The position numbers and the translations under genes are program-made. 64,000 nt of DNA from Methanomassiliicoccales archaeon (GTDB lineage: Archaea > Thermoplasmatota > Thermoplasmata > Methanomassiliicoccales > UBA472). Where the stretch lies: assembly GCA_036504055.1 (NCBI GenBank), contig DASXVU010000038.1, positions 92 through 64,091 of the forward strand, in the 5' to 3' direction. Numbering within the stretch: the first letter of the stretch is position 1; each line of letters starts with the position of its first letter. Positions 38,176-46,531 of the stretch are shown here, one piece after another. A model generated the notes under the pieces. That model saw only the letters and a list, made by a program, of their open reading frames with translations, ran no database searches and was not told the origin of the DNA.

Positions 38176-39624
38176 ATGGTCATATTGAACGACGAACCGT
38201 TTTGGCGCAATGATCCGCTGATATTCCTCTACCTTTCATTGGTGGTTTTCGTTGCTCTCATCGTCATCGACCTGGAAAGGGCACCGGAGATGATGATAGG
38301 ATATTTCTACATCATCCCGGTGGTGATCAGTTATTTCACCGGTAAGGCCAGGCTGGTCTATCTGGTGGCTGCCCTATCAACCATCGCCAGCGTGTTCGGT
38401 CTATTCTTCGCCGCGGCCGGGTTCGCCTCCAACATAGCGATCAACCGACCGTTCTCCATCGTGGTGGTCTGGATAGTGGCGATGCTGGGGAACTATCAGA
38501 TAAGGTCCAATGCCCATCTGGCCGAAGAGAGGAACCGTCTCCGGGCCATATTGGACACGCTTCCGGTAGGTGTGGCGATCACCGACAAGAAGACCCAGTC
38601 GGACGAGGCGAACGGCCAAATGGACCGGATATGGGGGGGGCAGTTCACCATGGACCGTGATACCAAGGAGCCCACCTCATACAAGGGATATCACATTGAT
38701 AGCGGTCTTCAGCTCCGCCCGGACGAATGGCCAATGGCCCGCTCGGTGGAAAGAGGGGAAACGGTGGCGGGAGAGGTGATAGACATTGAACGTCCTGATG
38801 CGAGGAGAAGCACGCTGCTGATATCCTCTGCCCCGATCAAGGATGACGACGGGGTCATCACCGGCGCGGTATCGGTGGCCATGGACCTTACCGAGCACAG
38901 GGCCATAGAGATGGAACTGGCGAAGAAGAACGAGGACCTGTTCCGTTCGAACCGGGAACTGCAGCAGTTTGCCTATGTGGCATCGCACGATCTGAAAGAG
39001 CCATTGCGGATGGTAACCACCTATGTGCAGTTGCTTGACCGCCGGTACGGCGACAAGCTCGATGACCAGGCAAGGGAATACATCGGCTTCGCGGTGGAGG
39101 GGTCCAAAAGGATGTACTCCCTCGTGGACGACCTCCTGACCTACTCGAGGGTGGAGACATCGGTGGTGCCGTTCGGCCCGGTCCCCATGGACCAGGTGTT
39201 GATCACCACGCTCAAGGACCTCAAGGATACCATCGAGGCCACTGGCGCTGAGATCTCCGTGGATGACCTGCCGGAGGTGCATGCCGATTTCCAGCAAATG
39301 GTCCAGCTGATGGAGAATCTGATCGGCAACGCGCTCAAGTTCCGCCGTGGCATCACTCCGGAGGTGAAGGTGTCGGCCTCGATGAATGGCAGGGAATGGG
39401 TCTTCTCGGTCAAGGACAACGGCATCGGCATGGACATGGGGTATTCGGACAAGGTCTTCCAGATGTTCCAGAGGCTGCATCCCAGGGAAACGTTCCCTGG
39501 AACCGGCATCGGTCTGGCCATCTGCAAGAAGGTGGTCGAGCGTCATGGTGGCAAGATCTGGTTCGAGTCGGAGCAGGGCGTCGGCACGACGTTCTACTTC
39601 TCCCTGCCAGCAAATGCGAACTGA
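38176..39624 (+). CDS. membrane sensor histidine kinase (TM region, PAS, HisKA, HATPase_c)
   Basis: About four N-terminal helices, a PAS domain, H-box FAYVASHDLKEPLRMV, N box GNALKF, G boxes DNGIGM and GTGIGLAIC. The first ATG is at 38176; the ORF-track start 38119 is TTG. Confidence 0.85.
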   Translation: MVILNDEPFWRNDPLIFLYLSLVVFVALIVIDLERAPEMMIGYFYIIPVVISYFTGKARLVYLVAALSTIASVFGLFFAAAGFASNIAINRPFSIVVVWIVAMLGNYQIRSNAHLAEERNRLRAILDTLPVGVAITDKKTQSDEANGQMDRIWGGQFTMDRDTKEPTSYKGYHIDSGLQLRPDEWPMARSVERGETVAGEVIDIERPDARRSTLLISSAPIKDDDGVITGAVSVAMDLTEHRAIEMELAKKNEDLFRSNRELQQFAYVASHDLKEPLRMVTTYVQLLDRRYGDKLDDQAREYIGFAVEGSKRMYSLVDDLLTYSRVETSVVPFGPVPMDQVLITTLKDLKDTIEATGAEISVDDLPEVHADFQQMVQLMENLIGNALKFRRGITPEVKVSASMNGREWVFSVKDNGIGMDMGYSDKVFQMFQRLHPRETFPGTGIGLAICKKVVERHGGKIWFESEQGVGTTFYFSLPANAN

Positions 39625-40229
39625 GGAGCTTTGAATAGTTCCTCGTTTTCCGTGCTTGTGATGAGTTTTATCTGAGAACTTGACATTATGCCTGAAGATC
39701 GTATGATTATCGCTTCAGCCGATGATCCTCTCGGAAATGGACGGACGGCGGGCGCGATCCAAGAAGCGTGGCGAGGTCTCAACCATCCCGTATTTGCCGT
39801 AAAATGGGTCATATTCCATTCAGATTGGCTTCGGGGGCCAAATGCATAAAACAATGTTGCGATTGTTAACTGCATCCGGACGTTCATTAAGCATTGCAGA
39901 AAGTATCTGGAGCATGAGGTGACGTTCTTACCAATATTCCTGACCGTAGATGATAGCCAGGTGGTGTTTTGTCACCAATAGCATGGTCGTTGCGCCAATA
40001 TTTGGAGCAAAAACACTTTTAACCTTCCTCTGCCATAAGGAGAATGCGCGTCCGACCGGGACCTTCTCCAACTTCCCCACGTTTCTGATAGAATCCGGTC
40101 GGGCGCGTCATCTCTTTACAGTAATTCTCCTGAAAGAATTGGCATAGTGCCGCCGACACGCTCATCTCGCCGCGCGACCTTCGTTATAATTAAATATTGA
40201 ACACAGAGCTGTTTTCCTCGGGGAAGTAA

Positions 40230-40583
40230 TTGTCGGATGACCTTCGGACCGATGCTCCCGATCACGTGACCGATGAGCAGAAGGCGCGATCAGCCCGCCT
40301 TGAGATGATGCGTAAGATAGTCCGCTCGATCATCGATTCGGAGGAAAGGGATAAGCGGGGAATGAGATGGGACGAGATCGTTAATCTGCCCGGTCTTAAA
40401 GGATCAAACCCGAAGAAGGCGGTCGAGGACCTCCTCGCCCTGAAATACCTCGTATGCACCACCGTCAGGGGTCTGGAGGAGACCAGCGGAGATGTCCGGA
40501 TCAACAGGCTGTGCGAACTGTATGGCACGACGTTCTTCGGCAGGAAATGGTTGATGGAACTGGAGAAGGACGAGCAAACTTGA
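40230..40583 (+). CDS. hypothetical protein (possible winged-helix fold)
   Basis: 117-aa ORF with a TTG start and an internal ATG at MMRKIVRS. Protein-like composition; no motif recognised. Confidence 0.4.
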   Translation: MSDDLRTDAPDHVTDEQKARSARLEMMRKIVRSIIDSEERDKRGMRWDEIVNLPGLKGSNPKKAVEDLLALKYLVCTTVRGLEETSGDVRINRLCELYGTTFFGRKWLMELEKDEQT

Positions 40584-40590
40584 GATGACC

Positions 40591-41373
40591 CTAATCATCG
40601 AAACCGACCAGATTCTCCGGCACGACCTTCCAGCCGCATTTGAAGCATTCGGGACTTCCGATCACGACCACCTTGCCGCACATGGGGCAGCGGCCGATCG
40701 CCTCCACCTTTAGCGGAACATATCTCTCCGATTTTACCGGTTCCGCTGCCGGAGCAACGGCCGATTCAGCATCCGATACCTCTGCCGGGCCCGCTATCGC
40801 CTGGGCCGGACCTACTTCAGCCTCGATGACCGGTTCCGGCTCAGTTTTCGTCATCAGCATTATTTCTTTGTTATCGACCGGTTCAGCAGGTTTGGCCGAA
40901 GGGATCTCCAGCTCGTTGTCCTGGGCGATCGCTGATCCAGTGTCCTTGACCGTTTCGGACTTACGGCTCTTACTTTGTTGAGGTGCCGTTTCCTCTGCCG
41001 GTCTTCCGTTCTTCCTCTTGCTTCGGTGTTTCTCGGGATCAGATACTCCTTCCCTCCTCATTTTGGCCTTCTGGGCGGGTGTCATCCGTTTCTCATGTCT
41101 CAGGTCCGCAACGCCCGCTTCTTTTTCATTGTTTCGCGATGGCCAGCGACCTTCTGTGACTGTCAGAACGACTATCATTGCTCCTATCAGGGCTATCCCG
41201 GACATGATCACATAGACCAGCGGGTCTACGCTGTATGCCGATTCCTGCCCGTCCTTGATGACAATGCTGCCTTCCATAGTCTTGAGGACCACGGAAACAA
41301 CGATACCGACCGCAAGGAGAGCTATGCCAAGCACCAGGTTCATGTTCTGGCGCTTGGTCATACGGATTGCCAT
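40591..41373 (-). CDS. two-TM membrane protein with a charged linker and a C-terminal zinc ribbon
   Basis: Helices LVLGIALLAVGIVVSVVL and VYVIMSGIALIGAMIVVLTV, a Lys/Glu/Pro-rich disordered middle, and C-terminal CPMCG...CFKCG. Confidence 0.7.
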   Translation of the reverse strand: MAIRMTKRQNMNLVLGIALLAVGIVVSVVLKTMEGSIVIKDGQESAYSVDPLVYVIMSGIALIGAMIVVLTVTEGRWPSRNNEKEAGVADLRHEKRMTPAQKAKMRREGVSDPEKHRSKRKNGRPAEETAPQQSKSRKSETVKDTGSAIAQDNELEIPSAKPAEPVDNKEIMLMTKTEPEPVIEAEVGPAQAIAGPAEVSDAESAVAPAAEPVKSERYVPLKVEAIGRCPMCGKVVVIGSPECFKCGWKVVPENLVGFDD

Positions 41374-41422
41374 GGCCCCGACAACAACCTGTGCCTGCTT
41401 ATTGGTTTTGTCTGTCGGTCGC

Positions 41423-41920
41423 TTAAGACCGTCTGCGCCAAGGCGCCTTGAAAAGAAGGTAGCCTTCCGGATCCATCGTCACGGTCACGTCCACCGGGCC
41501 ATCAAGACGGGAAGTGGCTGCGTTCGGGCGGCGGAGCGGGTGGCGCCCCCATATGCGCAGGCGGACGCCGTTGTTCTTTTCCACGGAACGCTGAAGCTGT
41601 TCGAGGCTATGGTCATCGGTCTCCTTGGCGGCGCAATTGATGGCCTTGCCCACCTCGATCAGGATGGTCTCGGCCAGTTCCACGTCGCGCAGTTCCTTCG
41701 CTTCATCCTCACCCGGGTTCATCATTCCAATCATGACATCGGTGCCCCGGTCGAGCTGATTGCTGTGCGCTGCCAGATGGCGCAAGATGTATCCCCGTTC
41801 GATGCAGGTGGGGTTTGCCTTGGATGCCGGCGACCAGAAGACCATCACTCCCTGGATGGTCATAATGGTCGACAGCGGCGTGTCCGAAGCAGAGCGGAAG
41901 GTGATGTCGATGATGTGCAT
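41423..41920 (-). CDS. hypothetical soluble protein
   Basis: 165-aa ORF with balanced composition. The opposite-strand ORF 41255..42055 is Arg-rich and looks like an antisense artefact. Confidence 0.45.
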   Translation of the reverse strand: MHIIDITFRSASDTPLSTIMTIQGVMVFWSPASKANPTCIERGYILRHLAAHSNQLDRGTDVMIGMMNPGEDEAKELRDVELAETILIEVGKAINCAAKETDDHSLEQLQRSVEKNNGVRLRIWGRHPLRRPNAATSRLDGPVDVTVTMDPEGYLLFKAPWRRRS

Positions 41921-42120
41921 CCGATGACTGGAAGAACATGCTGGAATATGAGTGCTGTGGTAGATCGGATTGGGGAGAACGACCGGCTCATGATCAAGGG
42001 TTCCTTCCTGACCTCTTCACTCAACAAGGGATATGTTCGGATAGTTGAAAGCTAGCTCCGCATAATGTAAAAAGACCGGTCCGTTCAACGCTAACGAGTT
42101 CGGATATTATCGTTTTCTTG

Positions 42121-42166
42121 TGATTATAATTAGTTTATAAAAATTTATATTTTCATAATAATAATC
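42121..42166 (+). promoter_or_regulatory. AT-rich promoter-like block (TGATTATAATTAGTTTATAAAAATTTATATTTTCATAATAATAATC)
   Basis: Contains several TATA-like boxes. It shares the 9-mer TGATTATAA and its overall layout with 59110-59145, upstream of the paralogous beta-helix gene. Confidence 0.4.
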
Positions 42167-42497
42167 TAGGGACAGGTCAGTGTCATTATCAAAAATGCAA
42201 CTATGTTCACATCCTAATGCCATATATTTCCAAAATATGACGGAATTTTACAGAAATCTCGACCCTATAGCGTAATTTATACCGAAGTATCGTATCGAAA
42301 AACACTCAGCCGAATATCGAAAAACGAGCGATTTCGAAATCAATTATGATACCTAGATGTTCGGGTTTAATAACACTACATCGGGTTGCTTTTTCTTAAT
42401 CGACGGACTAAAGAGGAAAACCGAAGTCGACTATCAAAGCCGCGTTGTACCCTCTTAACCCAGTCCGAGCAGATCTCAAACAATCAGGGTGACACAG

Positions 42498-42608
42498 ATG
42501 AAGCTGATGAAGATGGGTTTGTCATGGAAGGACAGGGATATGAGAGCAGGTAATGGAACGAAGGCAATTGGAGACAAATCAACGAAGAAAGGCGGTTGTT
42601 ACACATGA
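42498..42608 (+). CDS. conserved 36-aa upstream small ORF (MKLMKMGLSWKDRDMRAGNGTKAIGDKSTKKGGCYT)
   Basis: Its stop TGA (42606-42608) overlaps ATG 42605 of the beta-helix gene (ATGA). The N-terminus and C-terminal Gly-Cys are shared with ORF 59418..59624 upstream of the paralogue. Confidence 0.4.
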   Translation: MKLMKMGLSWKDRDMRAGNGTKAIGDKSTKKGGCYT

Positions 42609-44038
42609 TCGAGACCAAGCTCAATCTAAAGGGCCGGTCCTTAATGGTGCTCTCTATCCTTCTGGTCGGAGCACTCATCGGCACAGCCGTTGGCGCGGCA
42701 ATGTTCGTCCAGGGTGAGGGTGCGCCCTCAACGGCCAGCGGCCCAGGATCCATTGTCGTGGAATCGAACTACGTCATTTTCAAGGACGCCTCGGGTTACA
42801 CCTGTGCCAGGAACACGACCACCCAGGCGATCGAGATCAGGGAAACCAATGCGGGTCTGGCGATGCAGAAGGCGGTTGACAGGTCGGCACGCGGGAACAT
42901 CTACATCAAATCCGGAACCTATGACATGTCCAGACCGGTCTATACCTGGTCGACCTCGATCACCGGCGACGGCAACGGGACCATTCTTAAGGTCACATCC
43001 TCCCTGTATGACTCCGTCCTCAAAGTGACCAACGACTATTACAAGGCCGATGGCACATTGGCCATACCAAAGGCTCAGCAAAGCGCTAACCACCCTACCG
43101 GGGTGACCATCAGCAACCTGCAGGTGGACGGTAACAAGGCGGTCAGGTCCAGCGGGCAGGTCATGAGGTGCGTCAACTTCCAGGACGCCATCAACTGTCA
43201 GGTCCGCAACATCTATGCCCACGACGTCAGTGCTGGACAGGGGGTCTATATGACCAATTCCCACTATTGCACGGTCAGGGACAGCGTGTTCTACAACATC
43301 GGGGGCACGGCATTCGCAGATTATGGAACAGGCATCGCCTTCGGTGAGGCCAGTCCAACGAAGGTCGCGTCCTCGCATATCCTGATAGATAACTGCAAGA
43401 TCACCAAGGCCTCCATGTCCTCGATCGACATGGAACCGGCGAACAACGTGACCATCACCAACAGCCTGTTCCTCGGTGCCACGACCTGGAACGGCTACGC
43501 AACTCCGGTCATCACGTCATATGCGATAAAGGGGTATGACCGGCCGAACGACCACATCATGGTGAGCGGTAACAGCGTCTATGGGGCGTTCGGTGAGTTC
43601 ATCATACTGACGCCATGCAACTACTCCATCGTATCGAACAATATCGTTACCTACACGGCAGGCAACACCGCGGCGATATACTCGACCGGCGCCCACGACA
43701 ACAAGATAACCGGCAACATCATCAAGACCTGGGGAAAGGACGCCATCGTTGGAGTGAACTGCAACTCGTACCTGATCAGCGACAACACGATCATTGACGG
43801 CAAGAACTCCAAGAGCAACTACGGCATACGGTTATACGCCACCTCCGGTACCTCATATTACAACATCGTCAAGGGCAACCAGATCAGCGGTTTCAACTAC
43901 GCCATATGTGAGATAACCGGAACCAACCACCTGATCGTGACCGCGAACATAATCAAGTCCTGCAACGTCGGAATATACCTGAAGGGAACCGACATCATGA
44001 GGACTGGGAACGTGCTGAACGGTGCGAGCGACCTGTGA
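42605..44038 (+). CDS. secreted/anchored right-handed parallel beta-helix protein (pectate-lyase-3 / tailspike-like glycanase fold)
   Basis: N-terminal anchor LMVLSILLVGALIGTAVGAAMFV. Cap region YVIFKDASGYTCARN...AMQKAVDRSARGNIYIKSGTY. Many I/V-x-N/D-containing coils (ISNLQVDGN, VRNIYAHD, VRDSVFYN, IDNCKIT, ITNSLFLG, VSGNSVYG, VSNNIVTY, ITGNIIKT, ISDNTIID, VKGNQISG, VTANIIKS). Confidence 0.85.
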   Translation: MIETKLNLKGRSLMVLSILLVGALIGTAVGAAMFVQGEGAPSTASGPGSIVVESNYVIFKDASGYTCARNTTTQAIEIRETNAGLAMQKAVDRSARGNIYIKSGTYDMSRPVYTWSTSITGDGNGTILKVTSSLYDSVLKVTNDYYKADGTLAIPKAQQSANHPTGVTISNLQVDGNKAVRSSGQVMRCVNFQDAINCQVRNIYAHDVSAGQGVYMTNSHYCTVRDSVFYNIGGTAFADYGTGIAFGEASPTKVASSHILIDNCKITKASMSSIDMEPANNVTITNSLFLGATTWNGYATPVITSYAIKGYDRPNDHIMVSGNSVYGAFGEFIILTPCNYSIVSNNIVTYTAGNTAAIYSTGAHDNKITGNIIKTWGKDAIVGVNCNSYLISDNTIIDGKNSKSNYGIRLYATSGTSYYNIVKGNQISGFNYAICEITGTNHLIVTANIIKSCNVGIYLKGTDIMRTGNVLNGASDL

Positions 44039-44367
44039 CCCATCAGGTCACTGCCCTATCGTAGGCGACAAACCTTACCAAGATGACCGGCCCTGCGCCG
44101 AGCGGGGCGGTCAATTCCGTTTTTTTCAAATTATTGATCGGATGTATTCATGTCAATGTTTTCAGTTCCGATCGATGGTTCCCATGGAATGCCGAAAACT
44201 ATCAATGGCTCACTGCATAAACTGTTTGATATCCAGAAGACTGTGTTTTTCTAGGATAATATTCCAGATAACAAGAACCTGAGAGAATAGTCGCCGACTC
44301 GTGGCAGAGTCTTCGGCGGATCAGGCGCCCTTTGATATGGATCGCGGGGCTCATGACCGAAACGGGT

Positions 44368-45270
44368 TCAGTCTATGATCCTCATCTCATCGATGCACAG
44401 GCAGGGCACTCTCGTGGCGCCCCATATGAGCTCAGCCTGTTTTATACTGCTCTCCATATAATAGAATATCTGTGATTCTGTGATCATCTTGCTCTTGAAG
44501 GATGCTGCAGATTCCACATCGCTCGGTTCCTTCTGAACATTCCACATGATCAGATTCTTGAACTTCACACGATTTTCCTTCAGCCAATTCTCCGTCTGCG
44601 GCCGATACTTTTCGGGTCTTGAGGTGATGATGTAATCGATCTCGAACTCGGGAATGAGATAAGGGCGTGCCTTGGTCAGGAACTCTAGGTATCTGTCTTC
44701 ACTGCTGACCTTCGGGGTGCTCTCGCATATCACACCATCTAGATCGAACCCTACCGGACCCAGCTTGTAATGCATCATGTTCCATTGGAACAGCTGATAT
44801 CCGTTGATTATCGTGTAATAGCTGTCGACCATCTCCTTGTTCTTGTCATTGGCGAACAGCGCGCCGGTTCGTACTTCCGCCCCGGGGTATTTTGCCCTGA
44901 TTCTTTCGGCCGCCTCATTGATCGATTTGCCCGTTGTGATACAATCATCGACCACTAGGACCTTCCTGATGGGTCTTATGTGGATGGACTTGCTCATCCA
45001 TAGCGAGCCGTCCGGTGTGGCAAGTGGTTTCGCAAGCTTTGTCGCGATTATGCAGCCGATGAGCAGTCCGCTTCTGGGCACCCCCACTATGAGATCGTAT
45101 TGGACATCGAAGGTCTTGACCCATTCGTCCACGAATCCAGCCATCTCCACGTTGCTGACGAACCTCGGACTTCCATAGTGTATCTTATGCAGCACTGTTC
45201 TGGGCAACTGGAACTTATCACTGTAGTAAATCCTGTGCCTAATGGCGCCGAATCTATCTTTCATCGACAT
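44368..45270 (-). CDS. phosphoribosyltransferase (type I PRTase) domain fused to a HAD-like phosphatase domain
   Basis: PRPP loop VLVVDDCITTGKSINEA, preceded by LIVGVPRSGLLIG. The C-terminal half has HAD motif I FDLDGVICE, motif II-like IITSRP, and later Lys residues. Confidence 0.75.
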   Translation of the reverse strand: MSMKDRFGAIRHRIYYSDKFQLPRTVLHKIHYGSPRFVSNVEMAGFVDEWVKTFDVQYDLIVGVPRSGLLIGCIIATKLAKPLATPDGSLWMSKSIHIRPIRKVLVVDDCITTGKSINEAAERIRAKYPGAEVRTGALFANDKNKEMVDSYYTIINGYQLFQWNMMHYKLGPVGFDLDGVICESTPKVSSEDRYLEFLTKARPYLIPEFEIDYIITSRPEKYRPQTENWLKENRVKFKNLIMWNVQKEPSDVESAASFKSKMITESQIFYYMESSIKQAELIWGATRVPCLCIDEMRIID

Positions 45271-45393
45271 GATCAGCTACTCGGTCCTTTAGCGATTGTT
45301 ATTGGAATAGTCCATTTAAGAATCTTTCTCATTAATTGAGAAATTCGTCATTGCTCGTTCCGGCATCAGCCTGGCCGTTTCGCTATCCTGCCA

Positions 45394-46167
45394 TCACTTC
45401 TTTCCGAAGCGCTTGAGCCTGTTCCCCGCCGACAGCGCGGTCAGGAACAGGGATTTGCTGGCGTTGTACGACTTGGAATAGCTCTTCATATAGCTGTGCT
45501 TGTCCACCTGGGTACCCCCAAAGCCCGCCTTGAAGCGGTTGATCCCAGCCAGCTCCTCGGTCACATCAACGGTGGCGTATCCGCCGAAATCGAACTCCTG
45601 GAGGCCCTGTTCCTTGAAGTGCTTTATCATGAGCCAAATAGCAAGCTTATTGGCCCGGCCGTAGATCGTTCGGGACACCCCGGTCTCCTCGTTGATGTTG
45701 CTGCCCGATATCAGCTGCCGGAGGTGCTTGTCATCCTTGACGCAGAGATGTCCTCCCAGCACCTTTCCGTCCTTCTCATAGGTGGAGAGGAAGTAATTGT
45801 TCTTCTCCATCTCATTGGGTGTTATCATCATCGGAGGAAGGCCCTTGACCTTTCGGAACTCTTTGTTGATCTCCTCGAACTCCGCGTATTTCTCGTTGAA
45901 TCGGATGACGATGGTCGGATCCTCGAGGGCCTTGGTGATGTGATTCCTGGTCTCCCTCTTGTCCATCCCGTTCCAGATATCCTCTATGCTTCGGTTGAGG
46001 TCCAAGACCAGGGTCTGAGAGACCTCCATCTTGAAACCAGGCTTTTCCTCGGAGAATGTGGAATTCTTGAATTGAACCGCGTCTACGCCTTCCACGTCGT
46101 AGATCTCATCGCTAAACCATATCTCGCTGATTACGAATGGTCCCATCTTTCTGCGGAATTCAATCAT
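45394..46167 (-). CDS. FemAB-like / Acetyltransf_6 GNAT-fold (aminoacyl- or acyl-) transferase
   Basis: KRETRNHITKA, FDFGG and GINRFKAGFGG match the FemAB/BioF2-like family pattern as I remember it. I prefer ATG at 46167; the ORF-track start 46179 is TTG. Confidence 0.65.
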   Translation of the reverse strand: MIEFRRKMGPFVISEIWFSDEIYDVEGVDAVQFKNSTFSEEKPGFKMEVSQTLVLDLNRSIEDIWNGMDKRETRNHITKALEDPTIVIRFNEKYAEFEEINKEFRKVKGLPPMMITPNEMEKNNYFLSTYEKDGKVLGGHLCVKDDKHLRQLISGSNINEETGVSRTIYGRANKLAIWLMIKHFKEQGLQEFDFGGYATVDVTEELAGINRFKAGFGGTQVDKHSYMKSYSKSYNASKSLFLTALSAGNRLKRFGKK

Positions 46168-46531
46168 GATATCTACCAATTCGTTCTTTCGATTTGGCTA
46201 TTCCCCGCCTAGTTTATATTGATTATTGATTCAAAGCTGAACATTGATATCCGATAATTCGTTGATCTGGGTGGGTGACGGGGGTCGACTGAACTGCGGA
46301 TCCTTCCCGAATCGAGTGGAGGACCGTACGTGATAAAGGATATCTTCATACGACGACAAACTAGGCGTTTGAATATCCGTTGAATAATAAATGGAACCGG
46401 GTCACCCCGGGTCACAAAAGGACCTGAAAAACCAATGCTCATCACTAGCCACTTATTTTTATTTGACGTCATTGGCGACAAATAGTTCAAAATACAGGTT
46501 GTGGATTATTGTATCGATTTTGGATTTTACC

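Noticed and set aside
39640-40229. Small ORFs in the gap after the second kinase: a 52-aa plus-strand ORF at about 39697-39855 (MPEDRMIIASADDPLGNGR...), a minus-strand 48-aa ORF ending ...PTGFYQKRGEVGEGPGRTRILLMAEEG, and track ORFs 39594..39887 and 39950..40147
   Set aside because: Each is short with no ribosome-binding site or promoter context I can defend. The minus-strand peptide vaguely resembles a GNAT C-terminus, so the region may hold gene debris, but I cannot support a call.
41255-42055. 266-aa plus-strand ORF
   Set aside because: It is Arg/His/Ala-rich and antisense to the better-behaved 41423..41920 ORF, and it overlaps the 5' end of 40591..41373. It is likely a shadow ORF.
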